The notes under the pieces were generated by a model. That model was given only the letters and a program-made list of their open reading frames with translations. It was not told the DNA's origin and ran no database searches. Below are positions 9,048 to 18,637 of a stretch of DNA of 64,000 nt, piece after piece (position 1 is the first letter of the stretch; the number at the start of each line of letters is the position of its first letter). This DNA is from Gemmatimonadota bacterium (GTDB taxonomy: Bacteria; Gemmatimonadota; Gemmatimonadetes; Longimicrobiales; Gaopeijiaceae). The DNA lies in NCBI GenBank assembly GCA_022825135.1, contig JAJDYN010000022.1, positions 68,891 through 132,890 of the forward strand, given 5' to 3'. The position numbers and the translations under genes are program-made.

Positions 9048-9818
9048 ATGGCGGCGCGGCCCTTGCGGTCGTCCCGCAGGGAGGAACTGCGGGTCGAGGT
9101 GTACGGCACGGCCGAAGGCCTGGGGGAGGCTGCCGCCGCGCGGGTCGAGAGGCACCTGGCGTCCGCGATCGCGAGCCGGGGAGATGCCGGCGTCGTGCTG
9201 GCTTCGGCGGTGTCGCAGCTGTCGTTTCTGGAGGCTCTCCGCAGCAGGCCGATCGACTGGACCAGGGTCACCGTCTTTCACCTGGACGAGTACACGGAGC
9301 TCCCGGCGAATCATCCGGCGAGCTTCCGCAGGTTCCTGAGGGAGCACATCCTGGATGCCGTCCGCCCCGGCCGCGTCCACCTTCTTCACGGAGATGCAGA
9401 CGATCTGGCAGCGGAGATCGAGCGCTACGAGTCGCTTCTCCGGGCCCGCCCGCTGGACGTGGCCTGCATCGGCATCGGCGAGAACGGGCACATCGCCTTC
9501 AACGACCCGCCGGTGGCGGATTTCGACGACCCCGCCCTGGTGAAGGAGGTCGAGCTCGACGACGCCTGCCGCCTGCAGCAGGTCCACGACGGCTGGTTCT
9601 CCGCGTTCGAGGAGACCCCGCGGCGCGCGCTCACGCTCACGGTGCCGGCCATCATGAACAGCCGGGTCATCAGCTGCGTCGTGCCGGGGGAGCGCAAGGC
9701 GGACGCCGTGCACGACGCGCTCAACGGCCCGATCGCAACCGCGTGTCCGGCGTCGATTCTGCGCCGACACCACAACGCCACACTTCTCCTGGATCCCGCC
9801 TCGGCGGCCCGTGTGTGA
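9048..9818 (+). CDS. nagB: glucosamine-6-phosphate deaminase/isomerase family protein (NagB-like)
   Basis: ATG 9048 within ORF 8457-9818. Motifs VTVFHLDEY and CIGIGENGHIAFNDP are typical of the NagB branch (LDEY rather than the lactonase GDER). Confidence 0.75.
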   Translation: MAARPLRSSRREELRVEVYGTAEGLGEAAAARVERHLASAIASRGDAGVVLASAVSQLSFLEALRSRPIDWTRVTVFHLDEYTELPANHPASFRRFLREHILDAVRPGRVHLLHGDADDLAAEIERYESLLRARPLDVACIGIGENGHIAFNDPPVADFDDPALVKEVELDDACRLQQVHDGWFSAFEETPRRALTLTVPAIMNSRVISCVVPGERKADAVHDALNGPIATACPASILRRHHNATLLLDPASAARV

Positions 9819-9822
9819 GGCC

Positions 9823-12486
9823 ATGAACGCGCACAAGCTCCTCCTTGCCGCCGCGCTGATCGCGGGCGGATTACTCCTCGCTTGCTCCCCGCGCCCCGCG
9901 CAGATCCCGATCACGGTCGAGGGAGAGCGTCCGGGGGCGCCGGTCACGTTCGGCATTCCCTTTCCGCGGGGGGAACTGGTCTCCACGGAGAACGTCCGGG
10001 TACGTAACGGCGGGGGAGACGAGATCCCCTCGCAGATCACCCCGGTGACCACTTGGGGCCTGGCGGACGCGAGCCTCAAGTGGATCTGGGTCGACTTCTT
10101 CACCGATGGCTCCGGGCGGTACACGGTGGAGCACGGGCCGGAGGTGCGGCGCACCGTGGAGGTCGAGTCTCCGATCCGGTTCGTGAACAACCAGCGGCAG
10201 AACGGGTTCGCCGAGATCGATACCGGGCCGCTGCGCCTGCGGGTGCAGAAGGGCGGAAGCGGGTTCATCGACCGGGTCGAGTTCAACCCGGCGGGCGACG
10301 GCTTCGGGCCCGGGCACGTGATCGCCGGGGGCGTCGGCGTGCGCGGGTCGTTTCTGGACCTCGTCGACGCCGATGGCGTGGATGCCTCGGCGGCCGTGAT
10401 CCATCAGACCTTCGTCGAGAGGGGATCGGGTCCGATGCACGCCATCCTGCGGATCGAGGGCGAGTACCGCTACCAGCGGCCCGAGCACCCAGCCTCCCCG
10501 TTCGTGACCTACATCCACGCATACGCCGGAAGGGCGCACCTGAGGGTTCTCCACACCATCACCTACACGGGGAACCCGGACCAGGGGGCCCCGCTGGAGG
10601 GCCGCCAGCATCGGGACGTGGCTACCCAGGGGGAGTTGGTCGTCGACGAGTTCGAACGCTCGATGGACCCCGGCATCACCCGGCCCGACGACATGATCGC
10701 CTCGGCCGGCCTCGGGCTCGCGTACCGCCTGGGCGGGGACCCGGTGTTCCGCACCGCGCTCGGCGGGGGCCGCTGGTGGGAGAGCGGCGAGCCGACCCTC
10801 CTGGAGGAGAACACCGTCGGTGCGTCAGCCTTCTCGGTGCTCCAGGCCGGCCCGGATGCCGACGGCGTTCCGCCCATCCCCGAATCCGGCCCGGATGAAC
10901 GGATCGGGGGATTCTCGGCCACCGTCGCCTCGGACCGCGTAATCGCCGAAGCCGAACGCGCCGAGGGTTGGATCGACCTCTCCGACGGCGAGAGAGGCAT
11001 CAGCATCGGCCTGCGCGGGATGCTCGAGGAATACCCCAACCGGCTTGCCGTGGATCTGGAGGAGCGCCGGATGCACGCCTACACCTGGCCTCCGGACCAT
11101 CCGCCGAAGGGTTTCCAGCGGGCCAGTCCCCAGGCGGACGGGGGCATGGTCGGCAACTTCGCCCGGGGCATCACCAAGACGACGGAAGTCGTGCTCGACT
11201 TCCATGACGCCAGCGCCGATCTCGCGGCAGTGAGGGCGTCCGCGCTCGCGGTCCTCGACCCGCCCGTCGCCCACGCGCCACCCGCGTGGTATCGGGATTC
11301 GGGGGTCTACGGCACCTTCGCGACCGCCGACAACGGGATTCCGGCGCTGGAACGGGGTCTTCAGTACAAGTTCCGCTACATGCGCTTCAACCGGGACTGG
11401 GCGCCCTGGTTCGGAATGTTCGACTACGGCGACCTGAAGACCTACTACCGCGGGGGCGGCTGGGTGCAGTGGGGCAACAACGAGCCCGCGCAGGACTTCC
11501 AGTGGTGGTTCAACTTCATGAGGACGGGCAGCCGGGACGACTACCTCCAGGCCCAGGCCATGAGCCGCCACACCATGGACGTGGACAACCTGCACTGGCC
11601 GACGGGCCCGGTCTACCGGGGCGACACCAATGCCGCGCTGGACTACTGGACATCGCTCGAAGAGCCGGCGGGAAGCCCGTACGTGGGGATGGGCTCGCGC
11701 CACACCAACCAGCAGGCGGTCGCGCTGTACACGGCCCACGTCTGGATCGCGGGCTGGCTGGCGAGCTACTACCTGAGCGGGTATCACCGGGGACTCGAGG
11801 TGGCCCGGCTGACGGGGGACTACTACCGCAAGCGGGTCTTCGGAGAGCACGGGCTCACCGGGCGCAGGCTCTATCTGTCGGTGTGGAACCTGGCCGAGCT
11901 CTACGACGCGACCCGGGAGGACATCCATCGCGAGGAACTCGAGGACCGCGTGAACCGGGTCCTGGAGTTGCAGAGGACGCAGGGCGGCCGCATGGTCATC
12001 GACCGTTTCGGCTACTCCCAGCACTACCTCACCCACGGGCTCGGCAAGTACCTCCAGCTGTTCGACGACCGGGAGGTGGAGCTCGGGCAGATCGAGCACG
12101 CCCGCAGCCTGCTGGCTACCCCGCCCCTGGATCACGACATGGAGTCGTATCTCGCGAGCATCCACCCGCTGGTGGCGGGATACGACCTCACCGGCAGTCC
12201 GGAGTTCCTGGAGGAAGCCTGCCGGCGCGCGGCGTACCTGCGCACCGACGAGATGCCGCAGCCGTTCGCGAGTTACACGACGCAGCGCGAGCTGGTGTTG
12301 CAGATGGAGGCGGTGAGTCACCTGCCCGGGCGGGAGAGCGATCCCTTTGCCGGCGGGCGCATGCCCAACTGGGCCTTCTCCAGCGGAATCCGGGTCTTCG
12401 GCTGGACCCACGCATTCGGGGTGCCCTACCTGATCGACCGCCTGCAGTCGTCGGGCTGGCGCCTGGACGGCCTGCCGTGCACGTGA
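9823..12486 (+). CDS. large exported lipoprotein of unknown function (possible glycan-active enzyme)
   Basis: Lipoprotein signal MNAHKLLLAAALIAGGLLLACS (alternative GTG start 9811). 887 aa and uninterrupted. The middle region is helix-rich (WGNNEPAQDFQWWFNFMRTG, SRHTMDVDNLHW), compatible with an alpha/alpha-toroid flanked by beta-rich regions. The family was not confidently recognised; resemblance to YetA/PL26-type proteins is only a guess. Confidence 0.7.
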   Translation: MNAHKLLLAAALIAGGLLLACSPRPAQIPITVEGERPGAPVTFGIPFPRGELVSTENVRVRNGGGDEIPSQITPVTTWGLADASLKWIWVDFFTDGSGRYTVEHGPEVRRTVEVESPIRFVNNQRQNGFAEIDTGPLRLRVQKGGSGFIDRVEFNPAGDGFGPGHVIAGGVGVRGSFLDLVDADGVDASAAVIHQTFVERGSGPMHAILRIEGEYRYQRPEHPASPFVTYIHAYAGRAHLRVLHTITYTGNPDQGAPLEGRQHRDVATQGELVVDEFERSMDPGITRPDDMIASAGLGLAYRLGGDPVFRTALGGGRWWESGEPTLLEENTVGASAFSVLQAGPDADGVPPIPESGPDERIGGFSATVASDRVIAEAERAEGWIDLSDGERGISIGLRGMLEEYPNRLAVDLEERRMHAYTWPPDHPPKGFQRASPQADGGMVGNFARGITKTTEVVLDFHDASADLAAVRASALAVLDPPVAHAPPAWYRDSGVYGTFATADNGIPALERGLQYKFRYMRFNRDWAPWFGMFDYGDLKTYYRGGGWVQWGNNEPAQDFQWWFNFMRTGSRDDYLQAQAMSRHTMDVDNLHWPTGPVYRGDTNAALDYWTSLEEPAGSPYVGMGSRHTNQQAVALYTAHVWIAGWLASYYLSGYHRGLEVARLTGDYYRKRVFGEHGLTGRRLYLSVWNLAELYDATREDIHREELEDRVNRVLELQRTQGGRMVIDRFGYSQHYLTHGLGKYLQLFDDREVELGQIEHARSLLATPPLDHDMESYLASIHPLVAGYDLTGSPEFLEEACRRAAYLRTDEMPQPFASYTTQRELVLQMEAVSHLPGRESDPFAGGRMPNWAFSSGIRVFGWTHAFGVPYLIDRLQSSGWRLDGLPCT

Positions 12487-12498
12487 AGAGGACCCCGG

Positions 12499-12540
12499 TA
12501 CCCACTACCGGTAGTGGGTATGCCTCTACCCGTCGTGGGT
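12499..12540. repeat. REP-like palindromic intergenic element, copy A
   Basis: Perfect 22-bp palindrome TACCCACTACCGGTAGTGGGTA (12499-12520), followed by TGCCTCTACCCGTCGTGGGT. It lies directly after the stop at 12486. The 18-mer CCGGTAGTGGGTATGCCT recurs at 22658-22675. Confidence 0.7.
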
Positions 12541-12636
12541 GCGGCTCCTCGACCGCGCGGGAGTGTTTGCGGCACGGGCGCGGCGGCGCGCATACTTTCG
12601 GGTGAAGCGGACACCCCATCGAGCGAGGTCCCGGAC

Positions 12637-14767
12637 GTGATTCGCAACCGAGGGATGTGGATCGTCGCCGCCGTCGTGGCCGGCGGCGGAGCGTTGATCG
12701 CGGGGGCGCAGGCGGACTCGGCGGCCTATCCGGACCAGGACATTCTGCTCGACCCGCCCCCCGGCGAGTGGCTGAACTACGGCCGCGACCAGGCGGGCAC
12801 GCACCACAGCCCGCTCGACCAGGTCGACGCCGGCAACGTGGAGCGGCTCGGCCTGGCGTGGTCCTACGACACGGGATCGTACCCGGGCCAGCTGGAGGGG
12901 ACGCCGAATCGTCGCGGACGGGACGATGTACGGCACGCTCACGTGGAGCGTCGTCTTCGCCATCGACGCGCGCACGGGCGAGGAGAAGTGGCGCTGGGAC
13001 CCCGGGATCCCGCAGACGCAGTACGTTACCGACGCGCGCGGAATCCGGCACAGGCGGGGGCCGAGCCTTTGCTGCGGCCCGGTCAACCGGGGCGTGGCCC
13101 TCTACGACGGCAAGGTCTATGTGGGGCTCCTGAACGGGAGCCTGGCCGCGCTCGACGCGGGGACGGGGGAGGAGGTGTGGCGGGTGCAGGTGCGGAGCCC
13201 GCTCGACGACTACAGCATCACCGGCGCCCCGCGCATCGTCGACGGGATGGTGATCACGGGCATCAGCGGCGCCGAGTTCGGCGTGCGCGGCTTCGTGTCG
13301 GCCTATGACGCGCAGACGGGCGAGCTGATCTGGCGCTTCTACACGGTGCCGGGCGATCCCACCGAGCCCTTCGAGAGCGAGGCTCTGGAGCGGGCGGCCG
13401 AGACCTGGACCGGCGCCTGGTGGCGCTACGGGGGCGGGGGGACGGTGTGGGACGGGATGGCCTGGGACCCGGAGCTGGACCTGCTCTACTTCGGCGTGGG
13501 GAACGGGGGACCCTGGGCGCGCGACATCCGCAGCCCCGCGGGGGGCGACAACCTGTACCTCACCTCGATCATGGCCGTGCGCCCGCGCACGGGCGAGTAC
13601 GTCTGGCACTACCAGACCACGCCGGGCGACGACTGGGACTACGCCGCCACCCAGCCGCTCATCCTCGCGGATCTGGTCATCGACGGGCGCGAGCGGCAGG
13701 TCATCATGCAGGCGCCCAAGAACGGCTTCTTCTACGTGATCGATCGCGTGACCGGCGAGTTCATCTCCGCGGAGCCGTTTGCGCGGGTGACGTGGGCGAC
13801 GGGATACGACCCGGAGACCGGCCGCCCGATCGAGACCGACTTCGCGCGCTACGGGATAGAGGGCGCGCTCATCTCCCCCGGCTCGGACGGCGCCCACAAC
13901 TGGCACGCCACCTCGTGGAATCCGGCCACCGGCCTGGTCTACCTGCCCGGGCAGGAGACCTCCCGGTGGTACTCCGTGGATCCCGATTTCGCGATCGAGC
14001 CCGGACAGCCGGGCTTCGGCATGGGGCGCCGCCGGCCGGCCGAGGGGCCGGTGCGGGGCGCCGCCGCGGGGGCCGGGGAGCTTCCCGCCGCGCTGCCGCA
14101 GGCGGGGCCGCGGGACCGGGAGATCGACCCCATGGTGGTCGGGATGGGCGGTCTGGGAGCCTTCCTGCTCGCGTGGGATCCGGTCGCCCGCGAGGAGCGC
14201 TGGCGGCATCGCTTCGAGCAGCGGGGCGTCACCGGGGGCACGCTGACCACCGCCGGCAACCTGGTGTTCCACGGCAACGGCAGCGGGTCCTTCAACGCCT
14301 ATCGCGCGGACGACGGCGAGATGTTGTGGGAATACCCGCTCGCGCCCGGCTTCGCCAATCCCGTGACGTACATGCTGGACGGCCGGCAATACGTCTCGGT
14401 GGTGACCGGCCGGGGCGGCAGCTACGCGCCGGGCCGGGTCTACACCTTCGCGCTGGACGCGGACCTGCCCGCGCCGTCGATGGAGCCGCAGGCGCCCCCG
14501 CCGCCTCCCCCGGTCGAGCCGCCTCCCGACGGGTTCCTGGGCGGCATGGGCGGAGCGGAGCTGCCGGATCTGCCCGGGAGGGATCTGGCGCGCGAAGCCT
14601 GCACGCGGTGCCACTCGGCCGACCGGATCATCAACAACCGCCGCAGCGCCGAAGAGTGGCGGCTGTTCGTGGGCGAGAAGTACGCCCGCGGCTTCATCAA
14701 CGCGACCACGCCGGAGCAGCGCGCGGCGATCGTCGACTACATGACACGCGCCCTGCCGAGAGGTTGA
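12637..14767 (+). pseudogene. PQQ-dependent dehydrogenase (methanol/ethanol family) with C-terminal cytochrome c domain; reading frame broken near 12907
   Basis: The N-terminal part is in the frame of ORF 12514-13308 (start GTG 12637 or ATG 12655; signal peptide, [31 protein letters not shown]...QLEGTP). The rest is in the frame of ORF 12926-14767 ([10 protein letters not shown]...). It has the vicinal CC ([11 protein letters not shown]) and heme motif CTRCH. The two halves are joined by comparison with the paralogue at 44360-46081. It may be an assembly indel rather than a true pseudogene. Confidence 0.6.
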
Positions 14768-14792
14768 GGGAGCGGGACAGGAGGTAGGACCC

Positions 14793-16103
14793 ATGCGTTG
14801 TTCGTTCGTGACTCATGCCCTGTTCGCCGCGGCGCTGTTCGCCGTTCTCCCAGGCCGGATGGCCGAAGCCCAGCAGGGCAGCGACACCATAAGGGCCCGC
14901 GACGGAACCCCCATTCCGGTGATCCCGCGCGCGCCCGAGGGGATGGCCGAAGGCGCCGTCTGGATCCCGCCGATGCCGCCCCTGGAGGCGACCCTGCCTC
15001 CGGAGGGCTGGGAACCGGTCGGATACGAGCAGCCGCCCATGCCGTACATCCTGCTCCGGCTCCCCAGAACCAACATCACGCGCGCGAAATTCCCGGCCAT
15101 CGACTTCCACGTGCATGGCCGCGAACTCACCACGCCCGAGGCGTACGAGAGCCTGATCGCCCTCATGGACTCCATCGGCATGGGCGCGATCATCAACCTG
15201 AACGGCGGAACCGGGACGCACCTCGACTCGACGCTGGCGGTGGGGGAGGCGTACCGGGACCGGGTGGTGAACTTCGTCACCCTGAACCTCGAAGGCATCA
15301 ACGAGGCCGGCTGGTCCGAGTGGATGGCCGGGGAGATGGAACGGGGATTCCTGGCCGGCGCAAGGGGCCTCAAGGTGTCGAAGTCGCTGGGCCAGGGCGT
15401 GCGCAATCCCGATGGCACCTTCATCCAGGCCGACGATCCTCGGCTCGATGCCGTGTGGGCGATGGCCGCGAAGTACGACATGCCGGTGATGATCCACACC
15501 AGCGACTCGGTGGGGCGCTTCTATCCCATCGGCCCCCTCAACGAGCGCTACGAGGCCGGCCTGTGGCGGTATCCGGGGAGCACGAGCGGCAACCTCTTTG
15601 CGTCCGGCCCCCCCCGCGAGGTGATCGAGCTGGCGCGCGAGAGGATGCTCGCGAAACACCCGCGCACACGCTTCGTGCTCGGGCACATGGCGATGCTCTA
15701 CTACGACCCGGGGAGGCTCGCCGCGCTGCTGGACACCTACCCGAACGCCGATCTCGAAACCTCGGCGGCGATTCAGGACCTCGGCCGCGCGCCCCGGCTC
15801 TGGAGGGAGTTCTTCCTCAAGTACCAGGACCGCATCCTCTTCGGCACCGACGGCAACCAGCAACGCACGATCGACGACTTCTGGACTCCGCATTGGCGGT
15901 TCCTGGAGACGTTCGACGAGCACTTCTACCATCCGGCCCAGGTCCGCACCCACGGCGGCTCGCCGGGCCACGGACGCTACAACATCTACGGGATCGGCCT
16001 TCCGGACGAAGTGCTGCGCAAGATCTACTTCGAGAACGCGCTCCGGCACCTTCCCTACATGCGCGATTCCATCGAGCGTCAGCTCGCCGAGCGGGGCGGG
16101 TGA
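14793..16103 (+). CDS. exported amidohydrolase family protein
   Basis: Signal peptide (ALFAAALFAVLPGRMAEAQQ). Metal-dependent TIM-barrel hydrolase signature AIDFHVHG, later MIHTSDS and ILFGTDG. Confidence 0.75.
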   Translation: MRCSFVTHALFAAALFAVLPGRMAEAQQGSDTIRARDGTPIPVIPRAPEGMAEGAVWIPPMPPLEATLPPEGWEPVGYEQPPMPYILLRLPRTNITRAKFPAIDFHVHGRELTTPEAYESLIALMDSIGMGAIINLNGGTGTHLDSTLAVGEAYRDRVVNFVTLNLEGINEAGWSEWMAGEMERGFLAGARGLKVSKSLGQGVRNPDGTFIQADDPRLDAVWAMAAKYDMPVMIHTSDSVGRFYPIGPLNERYEAGLWRYPGSTSGNLFASGPPREVIELARERMLAKHPRTRFVLGHMAMLYYDPGRLAALLDTYPNADLETSAAIQDLGRAPRLWREFFLKYQDRILFGTDGNQQRTIDDFWTPHWRFLETFDEHFYHPAQVRTHGGSPGHGRYNIYGIGLPDEVLRKIYFENALRHLPYMRDSIERQLAERGG

Positions 16104-16915
16104 GCCCGGGCGGGAAGGCGGGTCCGTTCGACCTCACCGGCAGGGTGGCGGTGGTGTGCGGCGGCTACGGGGTGCTGGGCGGGGCGGTCGCCGTGGAGTT
16201 GGGGCGTGCGGGGGCGCAGGTCGCAGTTCTGGGTCGCCGCCGCGAGCAGGCTGAGGCAAAGGCTGCCGAGATCGGTGGAGCCGTCGCGCTGGAGGCCGAC
16301 GTGCTTGACGAAGAGGCGCTCCGCCGGACATGCGGAGAGCTCCTGGACCGGTGGGGAACTGCGGACATCCTGGTCAACGCCGCGGGCGGGAACGTGGAGC
16401 GTGCGCGCAGCGATGACAGGAGCGTTTTCGAGGTTCCCGCGGATGCCTTCGACGAGGCCCTCCGCCTGAACCTCCACGGCTCGGTCCTGCCGTCGATGGT
16501 TTTCGGTGAGGCGATGACCGCTCGGGGCGCCGGCTGTATCGTCAACATCTCATCGATGGCGGCGCTTCGGGTTCTCACCGGCGTCATGGCCTATTCGGCC
16601 GCCAAGGCCGCCATCGAGAACTTCACGCGCTGGATGGCGGTCGAACTGTCCCGCCGGCACGGGGACGGTCTCCGGGTGAACGCGGTTGCCCCCGGCTTCT
16701 TCCTGGCGGAGCAGAACCGCGCCGTGCTGGTGAATCCGGACGGGAGCTACACCGCGCGGGCAAGGCGCATCATCGAACACACCCCGATGGGGCGGCTCGG
16801 GAGGCCCGAAGAGGTGGCGGGCGTGGTCCGCTGGCTCGCGAGCGACGCCGCGTCGTTCGTGACCGGCGCCGTGATCCCCGTCGACGGCGGCTTCAGCGCG
16901 TTCAGCGGCATCTGA
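16100..16915 (+). CDS. SDR family oxidoreductase, probable short-chain D-mannonate/fructuronate oxidoreductase (UxuB/YjmF-like)
   Basis: GTG 16100 overlaps the upstream stop (GTGA). Rossmann motif VCGGYGVLGG, NAAG, catalytic YSAAK. It lies directly upstream of uxuA. Confidence 0.7.
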   Translation: MSPGGKAGPFDLTGRVAVVCGGYGVLGGAVAVELGRAGAQVAVLGRRREQAEAKAAEIGGAVALEADVLDEEALRRTCGELLDRWGTADILVNAAGGNVERARSDDRSVFEVPADAFDEALRLNLHGSVLPSMVFGEAMTARGAGCIVNISSMAALRVLTGVMAYSAAKAAIENFTRWMAVELSRRHGDGLRVNAVAPGFFLAEQNRAVLVNPDGSYTARARRIIEHTPMGRLGRPEEVAGVVRWLASDAASFVTGAVIPVDGGFSAFSGI

Positions 16916-16921
16916 AATCCG

Positions 16922-17980
16922 ATGCTGATGAGCTTCCGCTGGTTCGGCCCCCGGGATCCGGTGAGCCTGTCGCGGATTCGCCAGATCCCCGGCGTCGAGG
17001 GCGTGGTCAGCGCGCTGCACGACATCCCTGCGGGGAAAGCGTGGCCGCGGGACGAGTTGAGCCGGCTGGGAGAGGCGATCGATGACGCGGGGCTCCGCTT
17101 CGTGGCGGTGGAGAGCATTCCCGTCCACGACGACATCAAGCTGGGGCGGCCCTCGAGGGATCGGCTCATCGACCGCTACTGCGAGAGCGTGCGCGCCGTG
17201 GGCGAGATCGGCGTGCCGGTGGTCTGCTACAACTTCATGCCCGTGCTCGACTGGACCCGCACGAGCATCGACAAGCGGCTGGCGGACGGGTCGGCCACGC
17301 TCGCGTACGACCCGGAGGAGCTGGCCGCGCTTGATCCCGCGCGGGGCCCGGCCGCGCTTCCGGCGTGGTCGCCCGCCGAGCCCGAACGGCTTCCCGAGTT
17401 GCTCGCCGCCTTCCGCGCGATGGAAGAGGAGCAGCTCTGGGAGAACCTGGGGTACTTCCTGGAGGCCGTGGCGCCCGTGGCGGAGGAGTCCGGTGTGCTG
17501 ATGGCGATGCATCCGGACGATCCGCCGTGGTCGGTCTTCGGGCTGCCGCGGGTCGTCACAGATGGTCCGGCGCTCGAGCGGCTGCTGGGGCTGGTGGATC
17601 GGCCCGCCAACGGGATCACTTTCTGCACCGGCTCCCTGGGCGCCCGTCCCGACAACGACCTGCCCGCGATCATCCGCCGCCTGGGTTCGAGGATCCACTT
17701 CGCACATTGCCGCAACGTCCGCGTGACCGGTGACCGGCGCTTCCACGAGAGTCCCCACCCGTCGCGGCTGGGGGATGTCGATCTGCTGGAGGTGCTCCGC
17801 GCCCTGCGCGAAGTGGGGTTTGCCGGCCCGATGCGTCCCGACCACGGGCGCATGATCTGGGGCGAGACCGGCCAGCCGGGCTACGGCCTGTACGATCGGG
17901 CGCTCGGGGCGATGTACCTGCAGGGGCTGTGGGAAGGGGTGGAAGGGATGGCGGTCCGCGAGAAGCGGGGATCGCGATGA
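16922..17980 (+). CDS. uxuA: mannonate dehydratase
   Basis: N-terminus MLMSFRWFGPRDPVSLSRIRQIPGVEGVVSALHDIP parallels the UxuA N-terminus. Length is about 350 aa and the gene sits in a uxu/kdg context. Confidence 0.85.
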   Translation: MLMSFRWFGPRDPVSLSRIRQIPGVEGVVSALHDIPAGKAWPRDELSRLGEAIDDAGLRFVAVESIPVHDDIKLGRPSRDRLIDRYCESVRAVGEIGVPVVCYNFMPVLDWTRTSIDKRLADGSATLAYDPEELAALDPARGPAALPAWSPAEPERLPELLAAFRAMEEEQLWENLGYFLEAVAPVAEESGVLMAMHPDDPPWSVFGLPRVVTDGPALERLLGLVDRPANGITFCTGSLGARPDNDLPAIIRRLGSRIHFAHCRNVRVTGDRRFHESPHPSRLGDVDLLEVLRALREVGFAGPMRPDHGRMIWGETGQPGYGLYDRALGAMYLQGLWEGVEGMAVREKRGSR

Positions 17981-18624
17981 CGTCCCTGAACGAACGAATC
18001 GGCCGGCTGGGCGTGGTCCCCGTGGTCGTCATCCGCGACCCGCGCCGAGCTGTGCCGCTGGCGCGCGCACTGGCCGAGGGCGGCCTTCCGTGCGCCGAGA
18101 TCACGTTCAGGACTTCCGGGGCCGCGGAGGCGCTGCGCCGCATCGCGGCGGAGGTTCCCGATGTCCTGCCGGGCGCCGGCACCGTCCTCACCCCCGGGCA
18201 GGCGGAGGCCGCGAGGGAGGCGGGGGCGCGATTCGTGGTCTCGCCGGGCTTCGATGCCCGCGTGGTCGGCTACTGCCGGGCGCACGAACTCCCCGTCTAT
18301 CCCGGCGTATGCACGCCCACCGAGATTCAGAGCGCCCTCGAGGCGGGGCTCGACGTGCTGAAGTTCTTTCCCGCCGGGCCCCTCGGAGGAGCGTCCTTCC
18401 TCAAGGCGATCTCGGCGCCTTTCCCCGGCCTGAGGTTCATCCCCACCGGAGGAGTGAAGCGCGAGAACCTCCGGGACTACCTGAAGCTCGGTCAGGTGCT
18501 GGCCTGCGGCGGCTCGTGGATGGCGCCGGCGGCCTGGATCGACGAGGGCGCCTTCGACCGGATCCGCGACGAGGCCGCGAGGGCCGTGGCCATGGTCCGT
18601 CGGGAGGGGCGGAGGACGGCATGA
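17977..18624 (+). CDS. eda: 2-dehydro-3-deoxyphosphogluconate / 4-hydroxy-2-oxoglutarate aldolase
   Basis: ATG 17977 overlaps the uxuA stop (ATGA). Motifs [34 protein letters not shown] are typical of Eda. Confidence 0.85.
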   Translation: MTSLNERIGRLGVVPVVVIRDPRRAVPLARALAEGGLPCAEITFRTSGAAEALRRIAAEVPDVLPGAGTVLTPGQAEAAREAGARFVVSPGFDARVVGYCRAHELPVYPGVCTPTEIQSALEAGLDVLKFFPAGPLGGASFLKAISAPFPGLRFIPTGGVKRENLRDYLKLGQVLACGGSWMAPAAWIDEGAFDRIRDEAARAVAMVRREGRRTA

Positions 18625-18637
18625 GGAGTCGACAGTG

